A stretch of 64,000 bases of DNA from Camelus dromedarius (lineage: Eukaryota): the NCBI RefSeq assembly GCF_036321535.1, contig NC_087437.1, positions 66,032,001 to 66,096,000 of the forward strand. Direction: 5' to 3'. The position numbers and the translations under genes are program-made. The stretch's first letter is position 1. The number at the start of each line of letters is the position of its first letter. The notes under the pieces were generated by a model that searched no databases, was not told the DNA's origin, and saw only the letters and a list, made by a program, of their open reading frames with translations. Shown here in pieces: positions 1-13,494 of this stretch.

Positions 1-117
1 TTCTGGCTATTCAGGACCCTTCAGGACATAAGCCACATCTCCAGAACACCACCATTGGCTCATCCGGAGATGGGCTCATCTCAGTGACAAGGTTTCCTTT
101 ATGATTTTGTGTTTTAG

Positions 118-222
118 GAAGAACTAAGGAGCAAATCCAAGATCTGTGCCAATGTGTTTTGTGGAGCCGGCCGGGAATGTGCAGTCACAGAGAAGGGAGA
201 GCCCACCTGCCTGTGCATCGAG
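118..222 (+). CDS. FSTL1: FSTL1 coding exon (human exon 3 equivalent); upstream exons lie outside the window
   Basis: ttttag|GAA GAA CTA... encodes [35 protein letters not shown] and ends GAG|gtaagt; 105 nt; follistatin N-terminal region. Confidence 0.97.
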
Positions 223-432
223 GTAAGTCCTGAAGTCACAAGCCAGAGGACAGTGGCCAAGGCCCATATGGTTACCTTGCTGGAGCTACCAGTCAGCAGA
301 GCAGAACCAACGATTTCACCATCTTTATAAAAGCACACCTTGTCTATCTAAAAGAAGTAAAATTTTTATCTCAGGAATGAAAAATCAGATGTGAATGTAA
401 GGATATTTTTCCTTTAAAATTTTTTTTTCTTT

Positions 433-1450
433 AGATGAGACTGACAAGGGCTTGATTTCCAGAAAATATAAATAGCTCATATGACTTAATAAGAAAAAAA
501 AAAACCCAATCCAAAAATGGGCAGAAGACCTAATTAAGGAATTCTCCAATGAAGACATACGCATGACCAATAGGCACATGAAAAAATGCTCAATATCACT
601 AATTATCAGAGAAATGCAAATCAAAACTACAATGAGGTATCATCTCACACCAGTCAGTATGGCCATCATTCAAAAATCCACAAATGATATATGCTGGAGA
701 GGCTATGGAGAAAAGGGAACCCTCCTACACTGTTGGTGGGAATGCAGTTTGGTGCAGCCATCGTGGAAAACAGTATGGAGGTTCCTCAAAAGACTAAAAA
801 TAGACTTACCATATGACCTAGCAATCCCACTCCTGGGCATATATCCAGAGGGAACCTTAATTCAAAAAGACACCTGCACCCCAGTGTTCATAGCAGCACT
901 ATTTACAATAGCCAAGACATGGAAACAACCTAAATGTCCATCGACAGATGACTGGATAAAGAAGTTGTGTTATATTTATACAACGGAATACTACTCAGCC
1001 ATAAAAAATGATAAAATAATGCCATTTGCAGCAACATGGATGACCCTGGAGAATGTCATTCTAAGTGATATGAGCCAGAAAGAGAAGGAAAAATACCATA
1101 TGGTATCACTCATATGTGGCATCTAAAAAAAAAAAAGACAAGTGAACTTATATACAAAACAGAAACAGACTCACAGACATAGAATACAGACTTGTGGTTG
1201 CCACAGGGGAGCGGGGTGGGAAGGGATAAACTGGGAGTTCTAGATTTGCAGATACTGACTGATATATGTATAAAACAGATAAACAAGTTTATACTGTATA
1301 GCACAGGGAAATATATTCAATCTTGCAGTAGCTTATGGTGAAAAAGAATATGAAAATGAATATATGTATATTCATGTATGACTGAAGCACTGTGCTGTAC
1401 ACCAGAAACTGACACAAGATTGTAAACTGACTATACCTCAATTAAAAAAA
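433..1450 (+). mobile_element. Young 5'-truncated LINE-1 (ORF2 C-terminus plus 3'UTR)
   Basis: ORF 563-1126 is the L1 ORF2p C-terminus ([41 protein letters not shown]); 3'UTR ends gctgtacaccagaaactgacac...attaaaaaaa. Confidence 0.93.
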
Positions 1451-1698
1451 TTTTTTTAATTTTTTTGCTTTATAAGATTTTTAAATTACAAAATTAACAA
1501 TTGCTTTATAAAAGTCAAGTAGTACAGACATTTATACAAACATAAAGTTAATGATCTTCCCCATAAGCCTCAAATCCCATGAGTCTGAGATAATCAGTGT
1601 TAACAGTTTGGTATATGTATTTGTTCCACGTGTTTTCTTTTTTTCTATGCTACTATGAACATACAAGGTTTCCCCCTATTTTATGTAAAAATTGGATT

Positions 1699-1772
1699 GG
1701 GGTTGGAGTATAGCTCAGTCATGCACGAGGTCCTAGGTTCAATCCTCAGTATCTCAATTTTAAAAAATCATC
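1699..1772 (+). mobile_element. tRNA-derived SINE (Vic-1-like) with internal deletion
   Basis: tatagctcagt...catgcacgaggtcctaggttcaatcc (A-box and B-box remnants); target-site duplication (TSD) tgtaaaaat(t/g)ggatt at 1684-1698 and 1773-1787. Confidence 0.8.
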
Positions 1773-3509
1773 TGTAAAAATGGGATTATATATACAGACA
1801 GACCTAGATAAATGCATCTTGGATTTTGTACTCATTAATATATTACGGGTAATCCTCTAGGTCAGCACATATAGTTCTAATTTATTTTTTAATAGTTCAA
1901 TAATATTGATATAAAAGCACCAGATTTATGTAATCATTTTCCTATCAATGGGCCTTTAGGTTGTTTCATGGGTTGTTTACCACTACAAACAAAAATATCC
2001 TTGTGCAAATATTCTTACATGCTGCTGCCTTTATTTCTGCAGGACTGAGTCCCACTGGGGCTTGCTAGGTCAAAGGATATGCACATTTTAAAATACTAGA
2101 TGGAATACAGATTTTTTCAGGTTTTTTTTTTTTAATGAAATTTAAAAAGCAAAGTGAGTTTTTGAGAAATAATTCTTTTATAGGTTCTCCCTCTTGACAA
2201 ATATAAATAGCCTGGGTATGTGCCCTTTCTTCCTCTTTCTGTGAAACCAACTCAAGACTAGAAATTCATCTGTATTTCTACAAATAAATATACCCAGCTT
2301 AGTCCCTAGGTGAAGGATCCTGGCCCATTGTCCCAAAAAGGAAGTCCCTCAACTCAGAAGCCTGCAAACCAGATCTGCTGGGGACTCTGGGAGTTCCTCA
2401 TCAGAGGTGTGCCTGGCCACTATGTGGCCACTTAGTGGGTGGAAACCTGGCATCTAACCTCAGCTCGGCCACCTATCGTTGCGGGATTTTGAGCAAGTTA
2501 GTTGTTGCTGGATGCCATGTAGGCAGACCATGTTTGGCTTTTCTCAGGGCCCAGCACATACCAAGAACCCAGTGGTAAGTATTGGTTAAGTGAAGTTCAT
2601 CTTTCTGGGATTTGGTTTTCTGGTTGGTAAACTGGAAAGGTTGGGCTGCCTTCCTGTTCCAGGGTTCTGTATTCTTTTACCACATCTACTGTTTGTTTTG
2701 TTTTGTTTTGTTTTTTTGCTTTAGTGCCTTTATTCGGTCTGAGCAGAACTTGCTTTCCCTTTCCCCCTTTCAAAAACCACGGAAGTCTAAAGAAACTGAG
2801 CTTGCCTGTGGCCATGGCACTTTAAATAGCCAAAGTAGAACCAAGTTGCCAAGTGAACTTTAGTCCAGTTCCATGTCCAGAATGATTCTCTGTAGTACTT
2901 CACAAAGACCCAGGCACAACAGGTGTTGTGAGGTTAGGAGGAAAACAAAATACTAAACAAAGCAGGAGAGCAAAGATTCTTACAGTTAGACTGTGGAATA
3001 ATTGAAGCATTGGGGTGATGAGGGTGGGAGGCTGTGTGTTTGCCTTTCAGTCACTCCACATTCCCAGCTCTCACTTCTGGATGTTGTGTCATAGAATGTT
3101 GAAATTTTAATGGATCTTAGGTCATCCAAAAACATTGAGTAACTTTCTACAAAGTAATGAAGTGACAGAGAATTCGGATTCCTGACTTCTAATAAAATGC
3201 CCTTCCTGCTAATTTGATAGGGTGGGGGAAGGGAGGCTGTTTCTTTTTGCTGAATAAAAAAGATGACCCTGGGCCAGAATCAGCACAAAGGGCCCTGCAG
3301 GGCTGCAAGGTGATGTGGTGGTCCGTCCAACACTGAGTGGGGTAGGATCACTGATGCCAGGGCCAAGGCTCCCTATACCCTGGTGGGATAGAGGCTATCT
3401 CTGCTGGTAGGGACTCCCCTCACAAGATGGCTCCGTGTGTGTGTACGTGTGTGTGCACGCACACACACTCAGCCTTGACTGCACCAACATCCTCCGCGGT
3501 CTGTTTCAG

Positions 3510-3639
3510 CAATGCAAACCTCACAAGAGGCCTGTGTGTGGCAGCAACGGCAAGACCTACCTCAATCACTGTGAGCTGCATCGAGATGCCTGCCTCACTG
3601 GATCCAAAATCCAGGTTGATTATGATGGACACTGCAAAG
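3510..3639 (+). CDS. FSTL1: FSTL1 exon 4 (Kazal-like domain)
   Basis: tttcag|CAA TGC..., [47 protein letters not shown]|gtaagg; 130 nt. Confidence 0.97.
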
Positions 3640-4494
3640 GTAAGGAGAGCTCTGACTACCACACTGCAGCTCCAGCTGGGGAGCCAGGGAACGGAGCAGT
3701 GTGGCCTGGTTTCCTGGAGTCCTTTCCACCCTGAGCACAGCGCCCAAAGCTGTGGAGACCACCCAGTTGCTTGGAGAGGCATCCCCTTGGTGCTCAAGAG
3801 CCTGCTAGGTTTGCCCTGGATTGCCCAGGTTTCTACCCTGCATTTCTTGCATCAGATCCCTAACGTGGCTTCCCAGCACTGTCTGGAGCTAGATAGTAGA
3901 TAAGGGACCACATGAACAATCAATAATATGGGAGTATTTAAATGAATTCGCTACCTTTTTAGAAGGCAGATAAATTTCACGTTTCCTGTTCTTCTAAAAT
4001 TTTAGGTATCTCTCATCCCTGATAGTACTATATTTCCTCTAATTTATACTGAAACCGTTGTTACTAGGGTAAGAAGGAAAGGGGTCCCAAGCTTGTTGCT
4101 AATTAAACACCAGCCTCCTGCCCAGCCTTGAACTTCCCTGGAGAAAAAAGAACTCTTTCCCTCATATCGGTCTCCACTCCATTTCCTTTTCCATAATGAT
4201 TCCAGACAAATTCTCAAAGTACCGGCAGCCACCCCCCACCCCCAACCCTTCAAGCTAACAGTAGAAAGTGTGAGATCCGGAGGGCAATTCAGTAGCCTCA
4301 GAATGTCAAACAAAGCAGGAAAGAAAAGATCCCCATACTGGGGGCCTGGAGGAAGGAGAGGATACAAGGTTTCAAGACAAAATGATGAAAAGGCTGTAAG
4401 TGGCCCCCTTAACGTGGGCAGTTTTAATCCTAGCAATACACAGAAATTTTGTTTTCTTCACTTTGCATTATGCACTTTCTCCTTTTTCTTGCAG

Positions 4495-4527
4495 AGAAGA
4501 AATCTGTAAGTCCATCTGCCAGCCCAG
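4495..4527 (+). CDS. FSTL1: FSTL1 exon 5 (33-nt small exon)
   Basis: Long polypyrimidine tract, gcag|AG AAG AAA..., (E)KKSVSPSASP, CCAG|gtgagt; phases match the neighbouring exons. Confidence 0.95.
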
Positions 4528-4699
4528 GTGAGTGCCTGTTTTTTCTATAGTATACATCTTAGGGAGGAAATTCTTTTCATGTCAGAAATTCCTTGTTCCA
4601 CAATCCTGGCGGAAGCTCACAAGATTTTCAGTGTGTCAGAACTTGTGACCCACAACTGTCGCTCCTCAACACAGCTCAGAAAAGCTGCAAAACCGCTTT

Positions 4700-4724
4700 T
4701 GTGTGTGTGTGTGTGTGTGTGTGT
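4700..4724. repeat. (TG)n microsatellite
   Basis: Perfect TG run. Confidence 0.95.
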
Positions 4725-5849
4725 GCTTGTCACTGGAAGCAGCTGGTTGGGTCAGTATGTTGGCTGTGTTTTCCATTTTTGCTGAGTAGTGATTAAACTG
4801 CAAGGACAGGAAAGCCACTGAGCCCCTCCTTCAGCACTCTGTGAGACCTGCTGGACTCACAGAATCAGAAGGCACTGTTTTTGAAAGAGGGTAATAGGAA
4901 ATTTTAGTAAGACTTCTTCCATAGTTTTCTATGAATACAACTTAAAAATTTCATCATGATTTATAGTTACAGACCCCTTTAGTATACACTTTTCCTTAGA
5001 TCCTCACAATAACCTTGTGAAGTAGATCTTACTATAATTACCTTTAGATGAGGAAATTGAAGCTCAGAAAGGTTAAGTGAATTTCTCTGAGTCACACAGC
5101 TAGGAAGTGGCAGAGTGGGGGAAAGCACCCACAGTTTCATTCCCCTTGGCTTAGTGCCCTTTTCACATCCCAATATGTGTTGTCTTCCAGAAATTCCCTT
5201 TTGCCCAGGCTTTCCCTTCTCTGCTTCCCCATCCACTGGCTTCTCAGCCCCACCTGTTGTTACCACGTGGTTTACAACAGCTGTCCAGAACAGGGCTTCA
5301 ACATGCCTTTCCTTGGCCTCATTTTCTGTTGTTTATAATAAAGGACAGTGCAGTTGGTATAAAGTTTTAAGTGGGAGAAAGTTTTGATAGACCCTGTTGG
5401 TGAGAGGGAAAAGCCATACAGGAAGAATCAGCAATCCAGTGGCATAAGGAATTGTAATGTTCTCATTTATTCATTTATTATTTCAGCTCATCTTTGAGCC
5501 AAGAGCTATTCTATTGATTGACTGATATTTTTTACCCCTCAGCTTCCTAACGTTAATGAAAATGTCCTTTACTTCTCTGCTCTACTTTTTTTTTCACCAA
5601 AGCAACATAATGTCTCTCTTTCAATATTCTCAATCTTTATGAATTTTTTAGAGACAAGAGCTTGAATCCTGGACTGTATACTTTCCAGTGTGTACCCTGG
5701 GTTGACTCTGTAATCTATGTTTCCTGGATTACTGTGAAAGTTCAATGAGATGACACATGCAGATTCCAGGCACTGAGCCTCCCACGTAGGGGTCCTGGGT
5801 GACAGTGGGGTCCTCTCTACTCAGCTGACCTCCCTCCCTTTTCCTGCAG

Positions 5850-5980
5850 TCGTTTGCTATCAGTCCAACCGCGATGAACTCCGGCGTCGCATCATCCAGT
5901 GGCTGGAAGCGGAGATCATTCCAGATGGCTGGTTCTCTAAAGGCAGCAACTACAGTGAGATCCTAGACAAGTACTTTAAG
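5850..5980 (+). CDS. FSTL1: FSTL1 exon 6
   Basis: ctgcag|TC GTT TGC..., (V)[46 protein letters not shown]|gtaatc; 131 nt. Confidence 0.97.
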
Positions 5981-8900
5981 GTAATCCAGAGTTGGGGTCA
6001 AAGTTCATCCCCAGGGGCAGAGAGACTTCCTTTCCCATTGCCTGATCACATCTTCCCAGACCATGAGGAAACAGAAACCTGCATAGAGTTCCTGAGTGTT
6101 TGCTCACAGATTATTCCATGAAACTGTGACAGCTGCCTCCTGACCAGCTTGATCAGTGGGAGTCCAGGAGTCAGGCCTTGGGCTCTGACACACATGGGCT
6201 GCTCCCTTTGGGCAGTTAAAACCACAGAGGTCTTAGAAAGCCTGTATATGAAAAATACGGCGAGGCTCTATCCCCTCCCCAGGATGACAGAGCTTGTAGA
6301 GCTGGCTGCTGGTACACACCACCTTCTGCCTCATCCAGTTTGACTCTTCTCTAAGTCATTAACTTGACCATCCATGTCCTGCAGAGTTCCTCTTCATCTG
6401 AGGAGAGTCAATGGACTGATACTTCATGGGTGCAGGGTTCTACATGAACCATGATATTGCTGTTCCCATCATGTTTAGTTGAAGAGACAGATCGTTCCAA
6501 CTGTGGGCAGGAGAAATGCTGCTTTCAAAAAGGAAAAGGAGGGAGGAAATTGTATTTCACAATGAGTAGGACTACCATGACATGGAGTTCTGTCAGAGAG
6601 CTTGAGACAGTTGCTGGAAAAAGCAACTAAGGGCCCTCTTCCAGGTGATTGGCAAGAACACAGGTGCACACATGTACATCACACTCAGAAATAAACATAC
6701 CACACACGGAAACATGGACACGCACTCATATCACATACAAAGATGCGCACACCACACAGAGACACATCCTCTACACAGACACACACACTCAGATACCCAC
6801 ATTCCCACATAAACACAAAGCCCCCATCACCCACAGACACACACGTCTCTGGGAAGACGCCCTCCGGGCTCATCCCTAGACGTACATGCCCTCACATACC
6901 TCCAGGGCGTGTCCCAGAGCCTACCCAGCCCAGACTCAGGAGCAACCCCCACACATGAGGGGATTCTTGGCAGCTCTGTGGCCACCAAATGTGGTCAACA
7001 CCAGCCTAGTCTGTGGATTCCTTCCTAACTGATGTTACGGACCCTACAGATAGAGAAATACTGGGTTGGATTGAAATAGGATATTTGGTCATTTAGGACT
7101 TTATTTGTGTTATTATCTTTAGGCAAACATTTCTCTCTGTGGCAGAAAGTAAATCTCTGGATTCCAAGTGTTTGAGAAGAGAAAGCACGGCCCTCTCACT
7201 CCGTCCCCTGTCTCAGCGGCTCCCACATTAGGGAGCCCTGGGGGCAGGAGTTGTTTCTTTGTCTACAGAAAACACATTATTGCTGAGCCAGGAGAGTCAG
7301 ATAGGAGCAGAAAGTAACATAAAGAAAATGACTTTTCAGAAGCCAGGTGAGCAGCACCTGCAGGGTCTGTCGTGAGCAGTGACTGTCACGGTCATTACGG
7401 CACAGGAGCCATGGGGTCACGGACACTCTTTCCAGGAGGCCTCTCGGGACCTTGTAACCATTTGTAGTGGCCCCTTGATGGTACCTGCCTTGGGCATCTT
7501 TGGCAGCTGCTATTAATTTGATTCCCAAGGACCAGGGCCCCACACCTCCCTCCACAGATCTCCACCTCCTCTGTCAGTGACCATCTCTAACAGGCTCCCA
7601 TCTGGAAACCGCAGGGCCCTTTGAGAAAGTAGCTTTTCTCTAGGGCATTCTCATCCCAACCAAGAAAGCTTGCTCGTGACCCACGAACTCAATGCTCACT
7701 CTCTCCGTGTCCTCCGAGAAAATAGGGTTTTCACTATCTACTTTTTTGATGATTATCAAAGAACCAAGTGGTGCAATCTTCAAAGGGAGGCTTCTCCCCA
7801 CTAGGCAAACAGCTGCCTGTTGCTGAGAGATCTGTATCTCACAGAGACTGGTTTCTGAACCAGTGACTTGCCCTCCAGCCCAGCTGGCATTCCTTGCATC
7901 AGAATTAGTTGAAAAATAAATCGAATCAGAATTTGGATAAGACCAAAATCAGACTGTCATCTCAACTGGTGATTCAGTCACAGTTTCTTAGATGAAGGCG
8001 TAACAGGATGAAGAGGGGAAGACCCAGATAGCGAGCCTTTAATGGCCATGTTGCATGCACACCCTGAAGTCCTGGTGACCAGGGCTGAAACTGGAGCCAG
8101 GGTGAAAGCAGAAGGACTAGAGAACCTCTGAGACCTTTCCTTAAGAATTAGGACAAGAGTGATAAATAGATATGAAGCCAGGGCCTATGCAGTTGTTTCA
8201 TGCCTGCTTGTCATACATACCATGGAAAGATTTACAACCTTAGGATGCAATACACGTGACACACAGAAGGAGAGTCAGTAGCTGTATCTTTCCCTTCTAC
8301 CTGGAAACCTGGACAGACTTTTCCTCCAGAATCCCTTACACCATCTGGGAGCCACCTTGAAAGTAACTTGAGGGTGCTAATGATGTCCCAGGACAGCAGT
8401 AGGAGGCAGACTACACAAGAAGTTTGAAAAAAAAAATTCCATTGGAAATATTTAGTAGAGCAACAGTACCCAACTTGGAATTTGATCAGTGCCTTGAAAT
8501 TGCCACCCTCTGCCTGGACTGAGGGCTTGAGCATCCTGAACGGTCCCAGATGGCTACAGTGTCGGTGTAGCATCTTGCCAAGAGGGGACAATGCTGAGTG
8601 CACTATACCCTTGCCTTGTGCTCATGGGATGTGATCTGGATCATAAGGACAGCCAGCACCCTCTACAGTGGGGCCCACCAGTCAGGGAGCAGGGGTGGGG
8701 AACTTTGCACCACCTCTGAGGGCAGGTTATCGATGCAGATAACCTGCAGGGGTCTTTGCCTTTGATTTCTCACTGATGAGGTCTACTAGGAGTACCAGTG
8801 TGAGAGGTGAGCACTGAGAATGGGCCAGGGAGGCTGGAAATCAAGCAGCAAGAAATGGTCTTTTGATTCCCCAAGTGAGCTCAGAGGGGCACCTGTGTCA

Positions 8901-9363
8901 TTGTTCCCAAGCAGCTTGTTAGAAATACACACCCTGAGCTCTGTTACAGAGAGTCTGACTCACAACTTTGTTGTTCCATGATCATTAAGGTTTGAAAACG
9001 TGGTGTGGCAGAGTAAATTTGAGAATATCTGGAGAACAGTGTCAGGGAGAGCTCTCAGCGCCCCCAGGCTTCTTGGACAGCACAGGCCTAGGTTCAGGCT
9101 GCCCTCCTGAGCAGGGGCTGGGATTGAAAGGCCTTCAGTGGCCTCTGCCCAGGTACTTTCATTCTCTCATCTTGGCGTGCAGGTGCCTTCTCTGGGTGCC
9201 CCAGAGCTTCAAGCCTTTGTTGCTGTAACTCTGAGGCCAGTGCAGGGCTGGATAGGAATGTGTCTAGAACAAGATGAACCAGAGGGGGTCAAGCTGAATA
9301 GGAGAATGATGGAACTGGGGTTCTATGAAACATTCCTGAAAGATCTCTTCCTCCCCCTTCTAG

Positions 9364-9482
9364 AACTTTGATAATGGTGACTCTCGTTTGGACTCCAGCG
9401 AATTTCTGAAATTTGTGGAGCAGAATGAAACCGCCATCAACATTACCACCTATGCAGACCAGGAGAACAACAAGCTGCTTAG
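9364..9482 (+). CDS. FSTL1: FSTL1 exon 7 (EF-hand region)
   Basis: ctag|AAC TTT GAT..., [39 protein letters not shown](R), AG|gtgagt; 119 nt. Confidence 0.97.
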
Positions 9483-10199
9483 GTGAGTGGAGTGAGGGGG
9501 TCAGGGAGTGGTCCATGAGAGGAAGATGGATAAGAGAGGGGATTTGAACCCTTTCCTACCTGCAAAGGAGCCACCAGGGTCAGTATCAATGGGAAGTAAA
9601 AAGCAAAATAGGAATTCTGTCCTGGTCTCTTCTGTGAACATTATGAACTAATATATTGAGCACCACTGATATCTGATCAAGTAGTTACTGGTTTTGGCCA
9701 GAACTTGAAATGAATAGAAGAATGTAATTTTAAAATAAATCATCAAATCAGAGCAAAGTTGTTACTGAGTGTTATGGGTCATGTTTAATGGTTAATTTTC
9801 TGAAGGAATTTCTTTAGTGTTCTACTTAACTGTAGGTCTAAAATAGCTTTAGTTCTGATTTTTAAGATAATCAATGCTATTTCATGTAGAGAACCCTAAT
9901 TGTTACGAATGTGAGCACATTCGTCTCCTTTTCTGGTATTTTTCCAGAGTAAATTTTAATAAAAATTAACCCTTGAGAAGCTTCTGGTATGGTCCCAGTA
10001 TATTGGTAAGAATTAAAAACAGGAAAAGAACCTTTTGAGGTTCTTAACCCCCTTTTGTTCAAAAGAAGTGCAAATTGTGAAGCCCAGATTCTAGAAGGAT
10101 TCTTCCTTAATAATAGCCCATGGCCTTAAAGCATATCTGCAAATCCTTCTTATTTTGATGACCAGAAATTAAATAATATTTTACAAGTTCAACATTTGA

Positions 10200-10335
10200 T
10201 CCTTATAGCATCCCATTGAAGGAGGGCTCCCTGTCCCCATTTCACAGATGAGGGAACAGGTGCAGGCAGATTGAGTAACTAGCTCAAGGCTATTTGGGTA
10301 GCAAGTGGCTGAGCCAGGGCTCAAACCCAGGCCCG
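10200..10335 (-). mobile_element. MIR SINE fragment
   Basis: ccccatttcacagatgagggaacagg...gagccagggctcaaacccagg resembles the MIR core in reverse. Confidence 0.65.
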
Positions 10336-10851
10336 GGGGAGAAGGAGGGGGCTGGGGTTCTGGAAAACTTTTCTGAAAGAGCTCTTTGTAGAAGGGTGAT
10401 AGTGGTGATGGTGGCTTGAACTCCATATTCTTTAAAATCACACATTCTTTTCATATCATCTGCTGCTGCCACTTCTGTTTGACCTTCCTAATTGGGTTGA
10501 CATGACACTTACACCATGGGGAAAGGCAATTGCTAGTGGAAGGTGTGCAGGTAGTAAAATATTTGTCAATCCAAGTGGACAGAACCATTCAGGAAACTTT
10601 AATCATCTTGGGAAGAGCATTTGAACAGCTTGAGTGACCCAGCATTCAGTAAAACAAACTGAAGGTTTCATGCTTATAGGAGTCACGTTGCATAATGGTT
10701 ATGGGAGATCAGTGTAGAAGCTTTCTTTTTAAATAGTCCCCTTCTTGGCCACCTATGGAGGCCCAGGTGTATGTAGTCCTGATGCTTAATTCCTTTCTTT
10801 GGGAGTGAAGCTGAGGTCTTGCTGACGCGCTTCTCCTGTGTTTTGTTTCAG

Positions 10852-10964
10852 AGGACTCTGTGTTGATGCTCTTATTGAACTGTCTGATGAGAATGCTGAC
10901 TGGAAACTCAGCTTCCAAGAATTCCTCAAGTGCCTCAACCCCTCCTTCAACCCTCCAGAGAAGA
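10852..10964 (+). CDS. FSTL1: FSTL1 exon 8 (EF-hand region)
   Basis: tttcag|A GGA CTC..., [41 protein letters not shown]|gtatgc; 113 nt. Confidence 0.96.
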
Positions 10965-11287
10965 GTATGCCTACCCTAAGAAATTGGGATTGTAGGGAGT
11001 GGAGGGGGGGCATTTTGAGGGGGCCAAGATAGAGGGGATTGGTAGAACTCTCCAGAGCTTACTAAGAAAATTCCCTTCCATGATTCTAGACTGAGCCCCA
11101 GCCTATCATCTCCATGCTGAGGTTCGGGTCCAAAAATCTTTGGGTTGGTGGTGGCATTTGCTCAGATATGGTGCCTCTGAGGGACAGGCAGTTCATGTCA
11201 GAAAGGGGAAAGGTGCACAGACAATAATAGCCAAGGCGTCTTATTCTGCCCTCACTCTAAACTGTTCCCCTAATTCTGGTCCCACAG

Positions 11288-11398
11288 AGTGTGCCCTGGA
11301 GGACGAAACATATGCCGATGGAGCTGAGACCGAAGTGGACTGTAACCGTTGCGTGTGTGCCTGCGGGAACTGGGTCTGCACAGCCATGACCTGTGATG
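11288..11398 (+). CDS. FSTL1: FSTL1 exon 9 (VWFC-like domain)
   Basis: cacag|AG TGT GCC..., (K)[40 protein letters not shown]|gtgagc; 111 nt. Confidence 0.97.
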
Positions 11399-12326
11399 GT
11401 GAGCTGTGCCTGGCACAGGAAGAAGGAACAGCAGGGAGAGAGCTTCCTTTGGATAATCACCAGGAGAGGAGTCAGGGAGGGGATGGTGGAGACTAGTACA
11501 GTGGCTGGGAGCAAGGAAACTGAGGAAGGAGCAAGAGACAGACTCAGACTTGAGGTGTCAGAGCTCCCGGAGAGGGGCAGTGAGGGCAAAACACTTAGGC
11601 CAGATGCATTACTTTCAAAAACCACTCCAGAGGCTTGGGAGCAAGAGAGGTTCAAGACCCAGGGCAAGATCAATGTTGATACGGGGTTAGAATAGTAGTA
11701 ATGATAGTGTAAGTGAACACTCATTTTGTGAGAGCTGTGTACCAGGCACTCTTTTAAGCACTTTACATATTAACCCACTTAATCCTTATGACAGCTTGGG
11801 AAATCCTGTATGTCAAAGACTCAGGTGTTTGGAAGACAAAATGACCCTTCCTTGCCATCCATGCCCAGCAGTAAAAGAAGAAATGTTCATAGACCCTCTT
11901 TGAATTAACAATATTGGCTAATTCTTTTAAAAAAGAGAGAGAGAGAAAGTTGAGATAGACAGGGTGGATTGGGAGACAGAGATGTCAGGGAGAGTTGTTG
12001 GAGTTTGTTGAGGGCAGTGCACAAGCCAGCATCACCACCTCCACCCTTTTACGAAGAGCTCTTTCAGAAGAGTTTTCTAGAACCTCAGCTCCCTTCCTCT
12101 CCCCTTGGCCTGGATTTGAGCCCTGGCCCAATCACTTACTACCCAAGCACGTTACTTTGGAGGTGTCCATTGCACTGGGATATATTGAGAGAAATGTGGG
12201 TAATTCACCTATCCTTATGTAAGCTAAACAGGAGATGAAATTGAGAGCCTAAAAGGTAGACATTGGTGGGATCCCTGGCTGGCTTTCCTCAGCCACCACT
12301 GCTCTGAGCCTTGGTTCTTCTTGCAG

Positions 12327-12403
12327 GAAAGAATCAGAAGGGGGCTCAGACCCAGACAGAGGAAGAAATGACCAGATATATCCAGGAGCAACAAAAGCAC
12401 CAG
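12327..12403 (+). CDS. FSTL1: FSTL1 exon 10
   Basis: ttgcag|GA AAG AAT..., (G)[28 protein letters not shown]|gtgagt; 77 nt. Confidence 0.96.
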
Positions 12404-13494
12404 GTGAGTTGCAGCCTCCATGCTGGTTCAGGTCTCCCACCACCAGGCCCTTCCACCACTCAGACACTGCCTAATGCCCCAGGAGACCAAGGAGATCTGT
12501 GCTCTGTTCCATACATTAGGTTCTGAATGTTATACCTGTATAGCTGTATCATGCAAACCATGATACAGACAGCTCCCTGATGGAATCATTGTGGGGCCAG
12601 CAGGTCCCAGCCAGCGTAGGTTACAGCTTGGTAAATTGCCTTATGAGTTAGAATTAGCGAGGCGGTGATTTACAAATGAGTTGGAAGTAGTTTGCAAAGG
12701 AGCATGGTCTAAAGAAGTGTTCCTGTGTCATGTCATGACCAGCGCCCAGACCCAAAGACTATGAGCTTCTTGAGGGCAGGCTCTGTAACCTGCTCACCAC
12801 TGCTGTCTTGCATTTAGCACAGGGCCTGGTGTATAACTGGTTCTCAATGAGCATGAAGTTAGTGGATTTGGACCACAGCAGGAAGAATTTAAGTTAAAGA
12901 GCCTGGGATCCTAGAGGTTCTGCTTCCTAGAGACTTGAGAAGATAAGAATTCTATTCAGGTTCTATGTCATTAAGTGGAAGGCCTTCTTGGGAAAAATGT
13001 TCTTAGCAGAATAGTGATCCACTGATATATTTTGCTGAGAGTCTAGAGAGAAAACATGGATATGCTGGACTGCTAGGCCTGTGTTTTTACCTCCTCTAAA
13101 AAAAGTAAATAAATGAGTAAACTTAACTACCTCCGTCCCCTTCTCAAAAAAAAAAAAAGAAAAACTTCAGAGAAGAACAATTAAGATGAAATATTTGACT
13201 TGAAAATCAAGAATTATTAATACTAATAATAATTGCTCATATTTATTGATAGTTTTCACATGCGTTTTGTCATTTTTGTCACTGATAGTGTAGAAACCTC
13301 ATGTCAGTTTTTTAAACAAAAGCAGAAGCTCCTAGCTTTTTTCCGTATTTCGGTAGCCTTGAGTCTCCAGATAAGTACAAACCCATAAAAGCAAAAAGAA
13401 CTTAGTAAGAATTCCTTTCATCTAGGGTGGAGAAGTGATCAGAGTAGACAGTGGGGAGTGAATTATAATAGCTAACATTTTTTTAGCGTCCCTG

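Larger units (their letters stand above)
10294..12146. repeat. 125-nt inverted repeat pair (10294-10418 and 12022-12146) flanking FSTL1 exons 8-9
   Basis: Manual ungapped alignment gives 19 mismatches in 125 nt (~85% identity). Confidence 0.92.

Noticed and set aside
6650..6860. Overlapping His/Thr-rich ORFs
   Set aside because: Degenerate CA-rich low-complexity sequence
10181..12238. Two similar ORFs on opposite strands (FYKELFQKSF / FYEELFQKSF)
   Set aside because: A by-product of the 125-nt inverted repeat, not a protein family
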